Shown in pieces: positions 11,633 to 20,253 of a stretch of DNA of 64,000 bases. The stretch lies in sequence record SRR31156797_2835, one strand, 5' to 3'. The stretch's first letter is position 1, and the number at the start of each line of letters is the position of its first letter. Position numbers and translations under genes: made by a program. Under the pieces are notes generated by a model, which did no database searches, was not told the DNA's origin, and saw nothing but the letters and a program-made list of their open reading frames with translations.

Positions 11633-13275
11633 AACCCCTGCTTATCCCACGGGATACCACGCAGAACAGCATCCACAACAGGTTCCAGACTCGCTCGCTT
11701 CACAGCTGTAGCGGGAATCCCATCCGGGTAGACATTGTGCATAGTCTCACGCCCTTCTTTGTCGAGCTTGTCCCACTTGTTGAGTACAAGAACAGACGGG
11801 ATGTCGTCCAATTCCATGTCCTGCAAAATTGAACGCACTGCCTCTACCTGCTCTTCCACTTCAGGATGTGATGCATCACACACCAACACCAACAGGTCCG
11901 CTGATTCCAATTCTTCCAATGTAGCCCGAAAAGCCTCTTTCAAATCCGGCGGCAACCGGCGAATAAATCCAACAGTATCCGTCAGCACAACCTCACGTTC
12001 CTGCGGGAATCGAATTCGACGACTGGTGGGGTCCAGTGTGGCAAAAAGCTTATCCTCGGCAATAACCTTGGATTGAGTCAGCGTATTGAGCAACGTGGAT
12101 TTTCCAGCATTGGTATAACCAACCAGCGAAACAATGGGCAACCCGGCCTTGGCACGACGTTCACGGGTCTGAGTCCGCCGTTTGCGAACACTTTTCAGTT
12201 CCTTTTTCAAACGGGTCAACCGATCATTGGCTCGACGACGGTCAATTTCCAATTTTGTTTCGCCGGGACCACGCCCACCAATACCACCCATAAGTCGAGA
12301 CATGGCCCGATTTTTACCAACCAAACGCGGCAAGGTGTACTTGAGCTGTGCCATCTCCACTTGCAACTTGCCGGAACGACTGGTGGCATGCTGCGCAAAA
12401 ATATCGAGAATGAGCTGTGTACGATCAAGAATCTTACGCTCAGTCACCTTGGCGAGGTTACGAATCTGAGTAGGAGATAACTCCTGATCAAAAATAATGA
12501 CAGATGCATTGGCCTGAAGCGCCCGCACTTCCAACTCGGCCAACTTGCCTTTTCCCATGATAAACTTGGGATTATGTTTACGCACTCGCTGAATCATGGT
12601 TCCGGCAGCAACCAAACCAGCTGTATCAGCCAATTCGGCCAGCTCTTCCAAAGAAAGTTCCTGTACAGGACGTGGCGTCTTATCCACGCTGACAAGCAGT
12701 ACCCGATTCTCATCGGATTCCGTCCCCTGCCCAGCAAGCTGACGACTAAATTCATCTTCCAAAGCCTCGACAGTTGCACCCAAATCAAGATCAAATCGAT
12801 CCCAACGTTGAGGCTCAAAAATCTCGTAACTCTTCTCATCAGGGTTGGGGGGCAACAAATGTGCAGCCTGAACGACTTCTGGGAAACCGTCACTGACATT
12901 CAGCGAGACCACGGAATCAAGACGCAAAAAGACCATATCCATAAGGTCTTCCTGTGACAGAGATTCACCCGAAAGATGTGTATGCAACAGACGCAAGCCT
13001 CGGAGCCGTCCAGAAGACAGGCGTCTGCGCGGCAACTCTGGGATGTAGATGGAACGATTATCGCCCACCAACACCATGCCAACCTTGCCTTGACGGTCAA
13101 TGAGTAAACCCAATTGACGACCCGTGTCTGCACTCAACTCCGCCAATTCGCGAGCCTGTTCATTCGTGTAACAATCATCAATGGGAAACTGACGTTGGTA
13201 CAGCCGCGATAGACGTTTTATCTGATTGGGCTTCAACCCTTGCAGGTTGCCCTTGGGTTTCTGAGCGATACCCAT
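11629..13275 (-). CDS. hflX: GTPase HflX (long form with N-terminal extension)
   Basis: GYTNAGKST, LFATLDPT, DTVGFI, NKWD, GPGETKLEIDRR; start is ATG 13275 or ATC 13269 (see findings). Confidence 0.95.
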   Translation of the reverse strand: MGIAQKPKGNLQGLKPNQIKRLSRLYQRQFPIDDCYTNEQARELAELSADTGRQLGLLIDRQGKVGMVLVGDNRSIYIPELPRRRLSSGRLRGLRLLHTHLSGESLSQEDLMDMVFLRLDSVVSLNVSDGFPEVVQAAHLLPPNPDEKSYEIFEPQRWDRFDLDLGATVEALEDEFSRQLAGQGTESDENRVLLVSVDKTPRPVQELSLEELAELADTAGLVAAGTMIQRVRKHNPKFIMGKGKLAELEVRALQANASVIIFDQELSPTQIRNLAKVTERKILDRTQLILDIFAQHATSRSGKLQVEMAQLKYTLPRLVGKNRAMSRLMGGIGGRGPGETKLEIDRRRANDRLTRLKKELKSVRKRRTQTRERRAKAGLPIVSLVGYTNAGKSTLLNTLTQSKVIAEDKLFATLDPTSRRIRFPQEREVVLTDTVGFIRRLPPDLKEAFRATLEELESADLLVLVCDASHPEVEEQVEAVRSILQDMELDDIPSVLVLNKWDKLDKEGRETMHNVYPDGIPATAVKRASLEPVVDAVLRGIPWDKQGF

Positions 13276-13367
13276 ACTCCTTACATAATAGATGGTTGCG
13301 ACGCCCCTATCGGATGTCGACTTTGCGGCGAGGAAAACAAAGAGCAAATCCCTTTGAAATCTTATAG

Positions 13368-13435
13368 CCGATCTGAACACGAAAATCGGCCCAAACCGCT
13401 ACGTTCTGTTGGGCCGATTTTCGTGTTCAGATCGG
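13368..13435. repeat. 27-bp perfect inverted repeat with 14-nt loop
   Basis: CCGATCTGAACACGAAAATCGGCCCAA (13368-13394) and its exact reverse complement (13409-13435). Confidence 0.95.
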
Positions 13436-13533
13436 TAGTTTATAATATTATCGATGGAAACTCGACAAGTTTCACTCTCGTCATATGACTTAAAATGACA
13501 TGCAGTTATCGCAAGCCGAATCAGGGACTGAAG

Positions 13534-14133
13534 CTATGCTTCGTTCTCACTCAGATATTTAGTAATCATGGAATCGTATTCACTGACAAGCTTGAAGGTC
13601 AATGCAGCCATTTCCTTACGGAATTCCAAAGAGATTCCACCGTTTTGCTCGATCTCCTTCTGGACAACCGGGTAATACTTGGGATCAGGAACTACGCAGA
13701 TGGAATGAAAATTCTTGGCGGTAGCACGCAGCATGGTCGGACCACCGATATCGATCTGTTCGATAGCAGCCTTGAGATCCAAGCCCTTGGCCACAGCATC
13801 AGCGAAATTGTAAAGATTGACACAAATAAGATCAAAAGGCTCAATGCCGAAATCTCGCAAAGTCTCCATATGCCCTTCGTCATCCTTGTCAGCCAGAATA
13901 CCGCCGTGGATGTTCGGATGCAACGTCTTGACACGCCCTCCGAGGATTTCCGGGAAATCAGTCACATCAGAAACAGATGTGACAGACAATCCGGCTTCTT
14001 GCAGCATCTTTTTGGTACCACCAGTGGATACCAACTCACAGCCATTGTCAGTCAGGAATTTCCCGAACTCGGCAAGACCAGATTTATCGGTTACGGACAA
14101 TATGGCTCGTTTTACGGGCAACAATTTCATCAC
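13534..14133 (-). CDS. Stand-alone IMP cyclohydrolase (MGS-like N-terminal domain of PurH)
   Basis: RAILSVTDKSGL, STGGT, GGRVKTLHP, IDIGGPTMLRATAKN; ends where the domain ends. Confidence 0.92.
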   Translation of the reverse strand: MMKLLPVKRAILSVTDKSGLAEFGKFLTDNGCELVSTGGTKKMLQEAGLSVTSVSDVTDFPEILGGRVKTLHPNIHGGILADKDDEGHMETLRDFGIEPFDLICVNLYNFADAVAKGLDLKAAIEQIDIGGPTMLRATAKNFHSICVVPDPKYYPVVQKEIEQNGGISLEFRKEMAALTFKLVSEYDSMITKYLSENEA

Positions 14134-14328
14134 AGACCTCTCTTCTTGTTTTGAGAGGCTGTGCCAGATTCACGCCACAAACGCAAGTAAATAGAGTCAA
14201 TGAAAAAGCTATAAAAAGGCTACAGAACGCCAAAAAACACGTCTCGCATACCATCAAAATTCTCGTGCACAGTAGTATAGGAAGCTATATCCCGACAAAA
14301 TAGTTGAACGTGTGTGACTAGCGGCTAT

Positions 14329-14579
14329 GAAGACGGGACGAAAAGTGCAAACACAAGGCGCAAAAAAAGGATGAGACCAACGAGTAGCCCACTACGCGAG
14401 GGTTCAGGCTTTTTGAAGTAAAGCAACAATCGTGCGCTTATGCACTAGGGACAAGAAGGCTGGGCAGAAGTGTGCGAGTGCAAGGCGCAAAAAAAGGGTG
14501 AGACCGACGCGTAGTCCACTACGCGAGGGTTCAGGCTTTTTGAGGCAACGCAGCAATCGTGCGCTTATGCACAGCCTTC
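14329..14579. repeat. Two tandem copies of a ~125-bp palindromic MITE/REP-like element
   Basis: CAAGGCGCAAAAAAAGG...CACTACGCGAGGGTTCAGGCTTTTTGA...CAATCGTGCGCTTATGCAC occurs twice with a 127-bp period; copy 2 (14455-14579) has imperfect terminal inverted repeats GAAGGCTG...CAGCCTTC. Confidence 0.85.
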
Positions 14580-14656
14580 CTCAGAGGCTGGTCCCCCGCT
14601 CCACCAACTATATGGAGGTGGCGGAACGGGAAACCAACGGGGAGGGGAGACCGTAG

Positions 14657-15220
14657 TTAGGACTGGAACTGTTCGAGCATTTCCTTGGCGGCTTCATGAT
14701 TCGGGTCTGCTTCAAGAATAATCTCAAGCTGAGCCCGGGCCGCATCTTTCTGATCGAGACAGACAAAACTTCCCGCTAGGGAATACCGCACTTCGTGCTT
14801 GCCCGGATCGATCTCAAGGTAGGCTTCGAGATGTGGAACTATCTCTTCCAAACGTTCCAGTTCATGGCCGAGCCTGATCAAACTGAACAGGGCCACCATG
14901 TTTTCGGGATTCAGGGTTATGGCCTCAGTGAATAAGGAATATGCGTCCTCGACTTCACCGTTTTCCAGCCGAATAAGCCCTATCCCGGAAAGACTTTTGT
15001 CAGAAGGCTCAATCGTGTGAGCTTTCTCATACATACGCATAGCGTCTTCCAGTTGACCGCGCTGAACAGCAACGGTTGCCAAGCCGAGATACGGGTCGGG
15101 ATGAATGCCATTGGAGCTTACAGCTTTCTTGTAATACTCTTCAGCTTTGTCGAGCTCACCCATAAACAGGTAGCATTCACCGAGTTCCTTGTTGATTTCG
15201 TAATCCAGATGACCACTCAT
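14657..15220 (-). CDS. Tetratricopeptide repeat protein divergent from the flg operon
   Basis: Repeated LG..Y...G....A...Y..A TPR pattern; GGAGG SD. Confidence 0.85.
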   Translation of the reverse strand: MSGHLDYEINKELGECYLFMGELDKAEEYYKKAVSSNGIHPDPYLGLATVAVQRGQLEDAMRMYEKAHTIEPSDKSLSGIGLIRLENGEVEDAYSLFTEAITLNPENMVALFSLIRLGHELERLEEIVPHLEAYLEIDPGKHEVRYSLAGSFVCLDQKDAARAQLEIILEADPNHEAAKEMLEQFQS

Positions 15221-15298
15221 AATGTCCCCTCCATTTCTCCTTTACCCGGAGGCCGGGTTGAAAGAATCTCCACGGTCACAGTTGACCGCACTGAATGT

Positions 15299-15314
15299 AG
15301 CAATGGCCGTGCCA
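15299..15314 (-). promoter_or_regulatory. sigma54 (-24/-12) promoter for the TPR gene
   Basis: Minus strand TGGCACG-GCCA-TTGCT, a consensus match. Confidence 0.85.
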
Positions 15315-15561
15315 AATCCATATGTTTCTCGATAAAGCCATAACGACATAAACAATCAACATATTGATAATATTGAAATTAAGTCAAATGCGATAACTCA
15401 AAGCAAGAAACATTCAATTCCCTCATCATACTGAAAAGGGAATATTCTGCCCTGTATTCATTATAAAAAATGACGCAGCACCTTCAGCGTATCTACTCCA
15501 TAAAAAAGTCGAGCAAAACGGAATAAACTTAATATTCTTTTATTTCAAGATGTTATTTATT

Positions 15562-15577
15562 TGGAACGGGAGTTGCT
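15562..15577 (+). promoter_or_regulatory. sigma54 (-24/-12) promoter for the flgB operon
   Basis: TGGAACG-GGAG-TTGCT about 80 nt upstream of flgB. Confidence 0.8.
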
Positions 15578-15654
15578 TAACCTCTTGCGGACCTGACGGA
15601 AAAACATGCCTGTCAGGAAACTGAACATCGCAGCGAATGCAGGAGGATCAAGGC

Positions 15655-16065
15655 ATGAGAGAGCTTTTCGGACGACACATTCAATTGACAGGCAAGGTCA
15701 TGGACCTGCAACTGCAACGTCAAAATCTCGTCACTGGCAACATCGCCAACTTGAACACACCGGGTTACAAAGCCCGTTCCATAGAATTTGAGGACAAACT
15801 GCAAAAAGCCCTCAATCAGGATGGAATAGGGAAAATGACTCGCACCTCCAAAAATCACCTTCCGGCCACATTCAGCCCTGACGGTTTTTCCGGCGATGGT
15901 TTGAAAGATTTCAAGGCTCGGGAAATATATGGTCAGGATTCGGTGGACCTGGACAAAGAAATGGCAACTAACGCCAAAAACACCATGATGTACAACGCTC
16001 TTGCCATGGTCATCAAAAAGAACTTCACAGGCATGGGCAAAGTCATAATGGATGGAGCAAAGTAA
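15655..16065 (+). CDS. flgB: Flagellar basal-body rod protein FlgB
   Basis: RQNLVTGNIANLNTPGYKA, VDLDKEM; AGGAGG SD before MRELFG. Confidence 0.95.
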   Translation: MRELFGRHIQLTGKVMDLQLQRQNLVTGNIANLNTPGYKARSIEFEDKLQKALNQDGIGKMTRTSKNHLPATFSPDGFSGDGLKDFKAREIYGQDSVDLDKEMATNAKNTMMYNALAMVIKKNFTGMGKVIMDGAK

Positions 16066-16066
16066 T

Positions 16067-16507
16067 ATGGATTTCATGACAGCAATGGACATCAGCGCAT
16101 CCGGCCTCAAGGCCCAGCGTGCCCAGCTGAATGTCATCTCAATGAATATGGCTAATATCAGGACCACCAAAACAGAAGATGGTGGACCATATCAACGCAA
16201 GTCCGTGTCTTTCGAATCCACGCCCGTGTACTCCCCCTTCGCTCAGGAAATGCACGACCAGCTGAACCGCGACCTGAAAGGTGTCAAGGTACTCGGCGTG
16301 ACAGCGGACGAACGTCCTTTCAAACAGGTCTTCGAGCCGCACCATCCAGATGCCAATGATCAGGGATACGTCACCTACCCAGACATCAACGTTGTCGAAG
16401 AAATGACCAACATGATGCAAGCAATGCGCGGTTACGAAGCAAACGTACAAACCATCCAAGGCGCCAAGCGCATGTTCCAGAAAGCCTTGCAAATAGGCAT
16501 GGGCTAA
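16067..16507 (+). CDS. flgC: Flagellar basal-body rod protein FlgC
   Basis: ISASGLKAQR..NMAN..TT, GPYQRK, HPDA, PDINVVEEM. Confidence 0.95.
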   Translation: MDFMTAMDISASGLKAQRAQLNVISMNMANIRTTKTEDGGPYQRKSVSFESTPVYSPFAQEMHDQLNRDLKGVKVLGVTADERPFKQVFEPHHPDANDQGYVTYPDINVVEEMTNMMQAMRGYEANVQTIQGAKRMFQKALQIGMG

Positions 16508-16526
16508 ACTCGAAGGGGTAAGAATC

Positions 16527-16856
16527 ATGGTCGTAAAAAGCGTCGCAATCAATGCATATCAGAATGCTATGGGCAACCGTAGCAAGGCTATCACCAACAA
16601 AGTTACAGACAGTCTCAAAAAACCTCAGGAGCCAGTACAGGGTTTCGACGAAACGCTGAAGACTTCCCTTAACAAGGTCAATGAGCTGCAGACGGTGAAA
16701 AAAACGATGATCGAAGAATTCGCAACGGGTAAAGCCCAAAACGTGCATGAATTGATGATCTCCATGCAAAAAGCCAGCATGGCCATGCAAATGACAGGTG
16801 CTGTCCGCAGCAAGATAATGCAGTCCTACAAAGAAATCATGCAGATGCCTTTCTAA
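16527..16856 (+). CDS. fliE: Flagellar hook-basal body protein FliE
   Basis: VHELMISMQKA...VRSKIMQSYKEIMQM. Confidence 0.93.
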   Translation: MVVKSVAINAYQNAMGNRSKAITNKVTDSLKKPQEPVQGFDETLKTSLNKVNELQTVKKTMIEEFATGKAQNVHELMISMQKASMAMQMTGAVRSKIMQSYKEIMQMPF

Positions 16857-16910
16857 GGCTCGCATCAACTTACGTAAAACGCGAAACGTTCAATCTGCGG
16901 GAGAAAGAAA

Positions 16911-18506
16911 ATGCCTCCGTTCGTCGCCGAATATTGGTCAAAAGTTTATGGGTTCTGGACCGACCGTTCCATGTCCCAACGTATTCTCATCAGTGGTCTG
17001 GCCGTGTCTGTGGTCATCGCCTTTGCGCTCATGATCTACTGGATGAACAAACCCGACTATCGGGTTTTGATGACCAATCTTTATCCTGAAGACGCTTCCA
17101 GAGTCGTGGGCATGTTGCAGGCTGCCAAGGAAGATTACGTCCTTGAAAACAACGGCAAAACCATCAAGGTCCCCGTAGATCGCGTGTATGAACTCAGACT
17201 CAAGGTTGCCGGTGAAGGTAACCTGCATGGTCAGGGTATCGGCTTTGAAATTTTCGATGAAGTACAAATTGGACAGACCGACTTTGTCCAACACATCAAC
17301 TACCAACGAGCCCTTCAGGGCGAACTGGCTCGCACCATCACAGAATTTCCCATGGTGCAAAAAGCTCGAGTTCACCTTGTCATCCCGCAAAAGTCCCTGT
17401 TTATCGAAGATCAGGTCGCACCGTCGGCATCCATCATCCTCCAATTGAAGGATGAAGGAAAACTTGGCTCCGAAGAAACTCAAGGCATTGTCAATCTCGT
17501 CTCCATGGCCGTCGAAGGTCTGGACGCCAAATATATTACAGTCACGGATATGAAGGGCCGTCCGCTCTATACACCGAGTGACGAATCCTCCGGTCTGTCC
17601 TTGTCCAGCGCGCAGATGCTGCACAAGGCGGATGTGGAAGCCCAGATGCAACGCCGCATTATCGAACTTCTCGGCCCCGCAGTCGGCCCCGACAAAGTTA
17701 TTGCCCGCGTCAACGCCGATCTCGACTTCAGCCAGCGCACTGTTCGCAAGGAAGTCTACGACCCGGACGGCGCAGTCGTTCGCTCTGAAACACGCAGCGA
17801 AGAATCCACCGCTGGTGCGGCATCACTGGCAGGCGGCGAACCCGATGCCAACTTCCGTGGCGATGGTTTCACCGGCACACGCACGACACAGGATTCCACC
17901 CGTGAGACTCGAACAACCAACTTTGAAATCAATAAACAGGAAGAAAATATTGTAACTCCTGTAGGAGATTTGAAACGATTGACTGTTGCGGTTATCGTGG
18001 ATGGTACATGGGAAACCAACCCGGACACTGGTGAATCAACCTACACTCCCCGCTCTGCCGAAGAGCTCGCACGCCTCCAGACATTGATTGCCAATGCCGT
18101 AGGGTTCGATTCTGTTCGCGGAGACACCATCGAAGTCAGCAACATCTCCTTCGGTGAACCGGAACTCTATGATGGTGATTCCCTCACACGGACCATGCTG
18201 GAATACGCACAGCGATTGGGCAAACCTTTCCTGAACGGCCTGCTGATCTTCCTCTTCCTCATTCTGGTCGTCCGACCGGTAATCATGGCCCTTATCCGGC
18301 CTCGTGTTGCTGAACAGGAGATTGAGGAGATGGCTGGTCTGCCCGGAGCCGAACGTCTGGCCCTCGAAGAAGAGGAAGTGGACGAAGAAGCCATGGATAC
18401 AACTCGACGCTTGGAAAATGCAAAGAATCACGCTATCCAGTTGTCCGACGACAATCTTGATCAGGCAGTGCATCTGCTCAAAACCTGGCTCACCCAGGAG
18501 GCATAG
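16911..18506 (+). CDS. fliF: Flagellar M-ring protein FliF
   Basis: GFEIFD, YQRALQGELARTI, ARVHLVIPQKSLF, two TMs. Confidence 0.95.
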   Translation: MPPFVAEYWSKVYGFWTDRSMSQRILISGLAVSVVIAFALMIYWMNKPDYRVLMTNLYPEDASRVVGMLQAAKEDYVLENNGKTIKVPVDRVYELRLKVAGEGNLHGQGIGFEIFDEVQIGQTDFVQHINYQRALQGELARTITEFPMVQKARVHLVIPQKSLFIEDQVAPSASIILQLKDEGKLGSEETQGIVNLVSMAVEGLDAKYITVTDMKGRPLYTPSDESSGLSLSSAQMLHKADVEAQMQRRIIELLGPAVGPDKVIARVNADLDFSQRTVRKEVYDPDGAVVRSETRSEESTAGAASLAGGEPDANFRGDGFTGTRTTQDSTRETRTTNFEINKQEENIVTPVGDLKRLTVAVIVDGTWETNPDTGESTYTPRSAEELARLQTLIANAVGFDSVRGDTIEVSNISFGEPELYDGDSLTRTMLEYAQRLGKPFLNGLLIFLFLILVVRPVIMALIRPRVAEQEIEEMAGLPGAERLALEEEEVDEEAMDTTRRLENAKNHAIQLSDDNLDQAVHLLKTWLTQEA

Positions 18507-18509
18507 ACC

Positions 18510-19508
18510 ATGGCAGACTTCTCCGGCCCCCAAAAAACAGCCATTGTGCTGCTCGCCCTCGGCGAAAAGTTCACGGCGGAAGTGTTTAAGAGAATGGAAC
18601 GCAACGAAATTGCGGCCGTATCCAAGGCCATGCTCGATACCGACTCCGTGCCCAAGGAAGAAGTGCTCGACGTACTCAAGGAGTACAATGAAGCGTTGGC
18701 CTACGGCGCAGAACTTCTGGTGGGTGGCCCGGAACAGGTCAAACGCCTCCTGACAAAATCTCTGGACGCAGAAACCGCAAAATACATTATGGATTCTCTG
18801 GACTTGGATACCGGCCCTACGCCTTTCCAGGAACTGGAAAACGTCAGCCCACGCATCCTGGCACAGATCCTGAGAAACGAGCATCCACAGACACTGGCAC
18901 TCATTCTCGGCCACCTGCACCCAGATCAAGCCGCCGAACTCATCCAGAATCTCCCGGCAGGAGTTCGTGCCGAAGTGCTGATGCGCCTGGCAAAACTCGA
19001 AGCCGTTGCCGAAGAAATGCTCATGGAAGTGGACAAGGTTCTGCAAAGTCAGCTTATCGCCATGGGCGGCAAGGAAGGCAAAAAGGTCGGTGGCGTCAAT
19101 TCCGTGGCAGAAATTCTCAATGCCGTGGACCGCAACACCGAAGAAGAAGTTCTTTCCGAGATCGAAGAAGAATCCACCCAGATGGCAGAAGACATCCGCA
19201 ACCTCATGTTCGTTTTCGAAGACGTCAAGGGTGTCGACGACATCGCCATCCGCGAACTGCTCAAAGAGGTTTCCAACGAAGATCTCACTGTTGCACTCAA
19301 GGGCGCATCCGAAGACCTCCGCGACAAGTTCTTCAAGAACCTGTCTGAACGTGCCTCTGCAATGATCAAGGAAGACTTGGAAATCATGCCGCCGAAGAAG
19401 CTGTCCGAGGTCGAAGCAGCACAACAGTCCATCGTCAAGACCGTCCGCCGTCTGGAAGACGAGGGCAAGATAGTTATCAGCCGAGGTGGAAGTGATGTCT
19501 TTATCTAA
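18510..19508 (+). CDS. fliG: Flagellar motor switch protein FliG
   Basis: EHPQTLALIL, MFVFED, FFKNLSERA, VEAAQQSIV. Confidence 0.96.
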   Translation: MADFSGPQKTAIVLLALGEKFTAEVFKRMERNEIAAVSKAMLDTDSVPKEEVLDVLKEYNEALAYGAELLVGGPEQVKRLLTKSLDAETAKYIMDSLDLDTGPTPFQELENVSPRILAQILRNEHPQTLALILGHLHPDQAAELIQNLPAGVRAEVLMRLAKLEAVAEEMLMEVDKVLQSQLIAMGGKEGKKVGGVNSVAEILNAVDRNTEEEVLSEIEEESTQMAEDIRNLMFVFEDVKGVDDIAIRELLKEVSNEDLTVALKGASEDLRDKFFKNLSERASAMIKEDLEIMPPKKLSEVEAAQQSIVKTVRRLEDEGKIVISRGGSDVFI

Positions 19509-20250
19509 TAACGCAAACACCAATGACCCGAACCTGACGGGCAAGGTGGTCATAGGCATGGACTCTCCGGGGCCGGACCAGATGACCATTCAGGAACTCG
19601 AAGGCAAGCGTCAACTCCTCTGGGATGACGCCACCAATGACGAGTACATGAACCGTGTCAAAAAAAAGGCCATGGAAGCAGCCAAGGAAATCAAGATGTT
19701 GGCTGAACTGGAAGCTGAAGCTCTCAGAGCCACGGCCCGTCATGACGGATATACCGAAGGCGTAGCTCAAGCACAGGAAGACATTAATGAGCACATCCAG
19801 GCCATCTCGACTCAAGGCGAGGCATTGCTTGCAAACCTCGGCGCATATGGCACTGCTATTTTCGAAGATCGTCGAGAGGACATACTCAAACTCATCAGGC
19901 TTGCCGTTGAAAAAACTCTCAAGGTGGAAATCGCGGAAAAGCGTATGGCATCCCTTGAATCTCTCATGAACGAAGCGCTCGACCGCATTGAATCCCAACG
20001 GCAGTTAACCATTAAATGCCATCCGGAAGACGTAACTGGCTTGGAAGAATATCTTCAGGTAATCCAGGACCGCAATCCATCCTTGCAATACTGGACCGTC
20101 AGAGGCGATGCCTCCATTGAATCCGGCGGCGTCGTTATCGAAGGCGCCGGAGGCAAAGTGGACAATACCATCGATACGCGGTGGGAAAGCGTTGAACCAA
20201 TTTTCGATCAATTGGCCGTACAAATCACTGCCGATGACAGCGAAGGATAA
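19495..20250 (+). CDS. fliH: Flagellar export assembly protein FliH
   Basis: Located between fliG and fliI; GYTEG motif, CHPED, GGVVIE. Confidence 0.8.
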   Translation: MSLSNNANTNDPNLTGKVVIGMDSPGPDQMTIQELEGKRQLLWDDATNDEYMNRVKKKAMEAAKEIKMLAELEAEALRATARHDGYTEGVAQAQEDINEHIQAISTQGEALLANLGAYGTAIFEDRREDILKLIRLAVEKTLKVEIAEKRMASLESLMNEALDRIESQRQLTIKCHPEDVTGLEEYLQVIQDRNPSLQYWTVRGDASIESGGVVIEGAGGKVDNTIDTRWESVEPIFDQLAVQITADDSEG

Positions 20251-20253
20251 TTC

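Noticed and set aside
13276-13380. 35-aa N-terminal extension of HflX from the ORF track
   Set aside because: Begins inside the palindrome with no SD; the strong SD is at 13277-13282
14329-14579. Possible CRISPR array
   Set aside because: Only two ~125-bp units, no unique spacers between short repeats, no cas genes
14589-14636. GC-rich stem considered as an ncRNA or tRNA fragment
   Set aside because: Simple 18-bp G-U-containing hairpin just downstream of the TPR stop; best explained as a 3' end structure
14432-14656. 74-aa ORF across the tandem repeat
   Set aside because: Derived from repeat and hairpin sequence; no SD or protein-like features
18036-19589. 517-aa antisense ORF over fliF/fliG
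   Set aside because: Shadow of strongly codon-biased sense genes; no recognisable motifs
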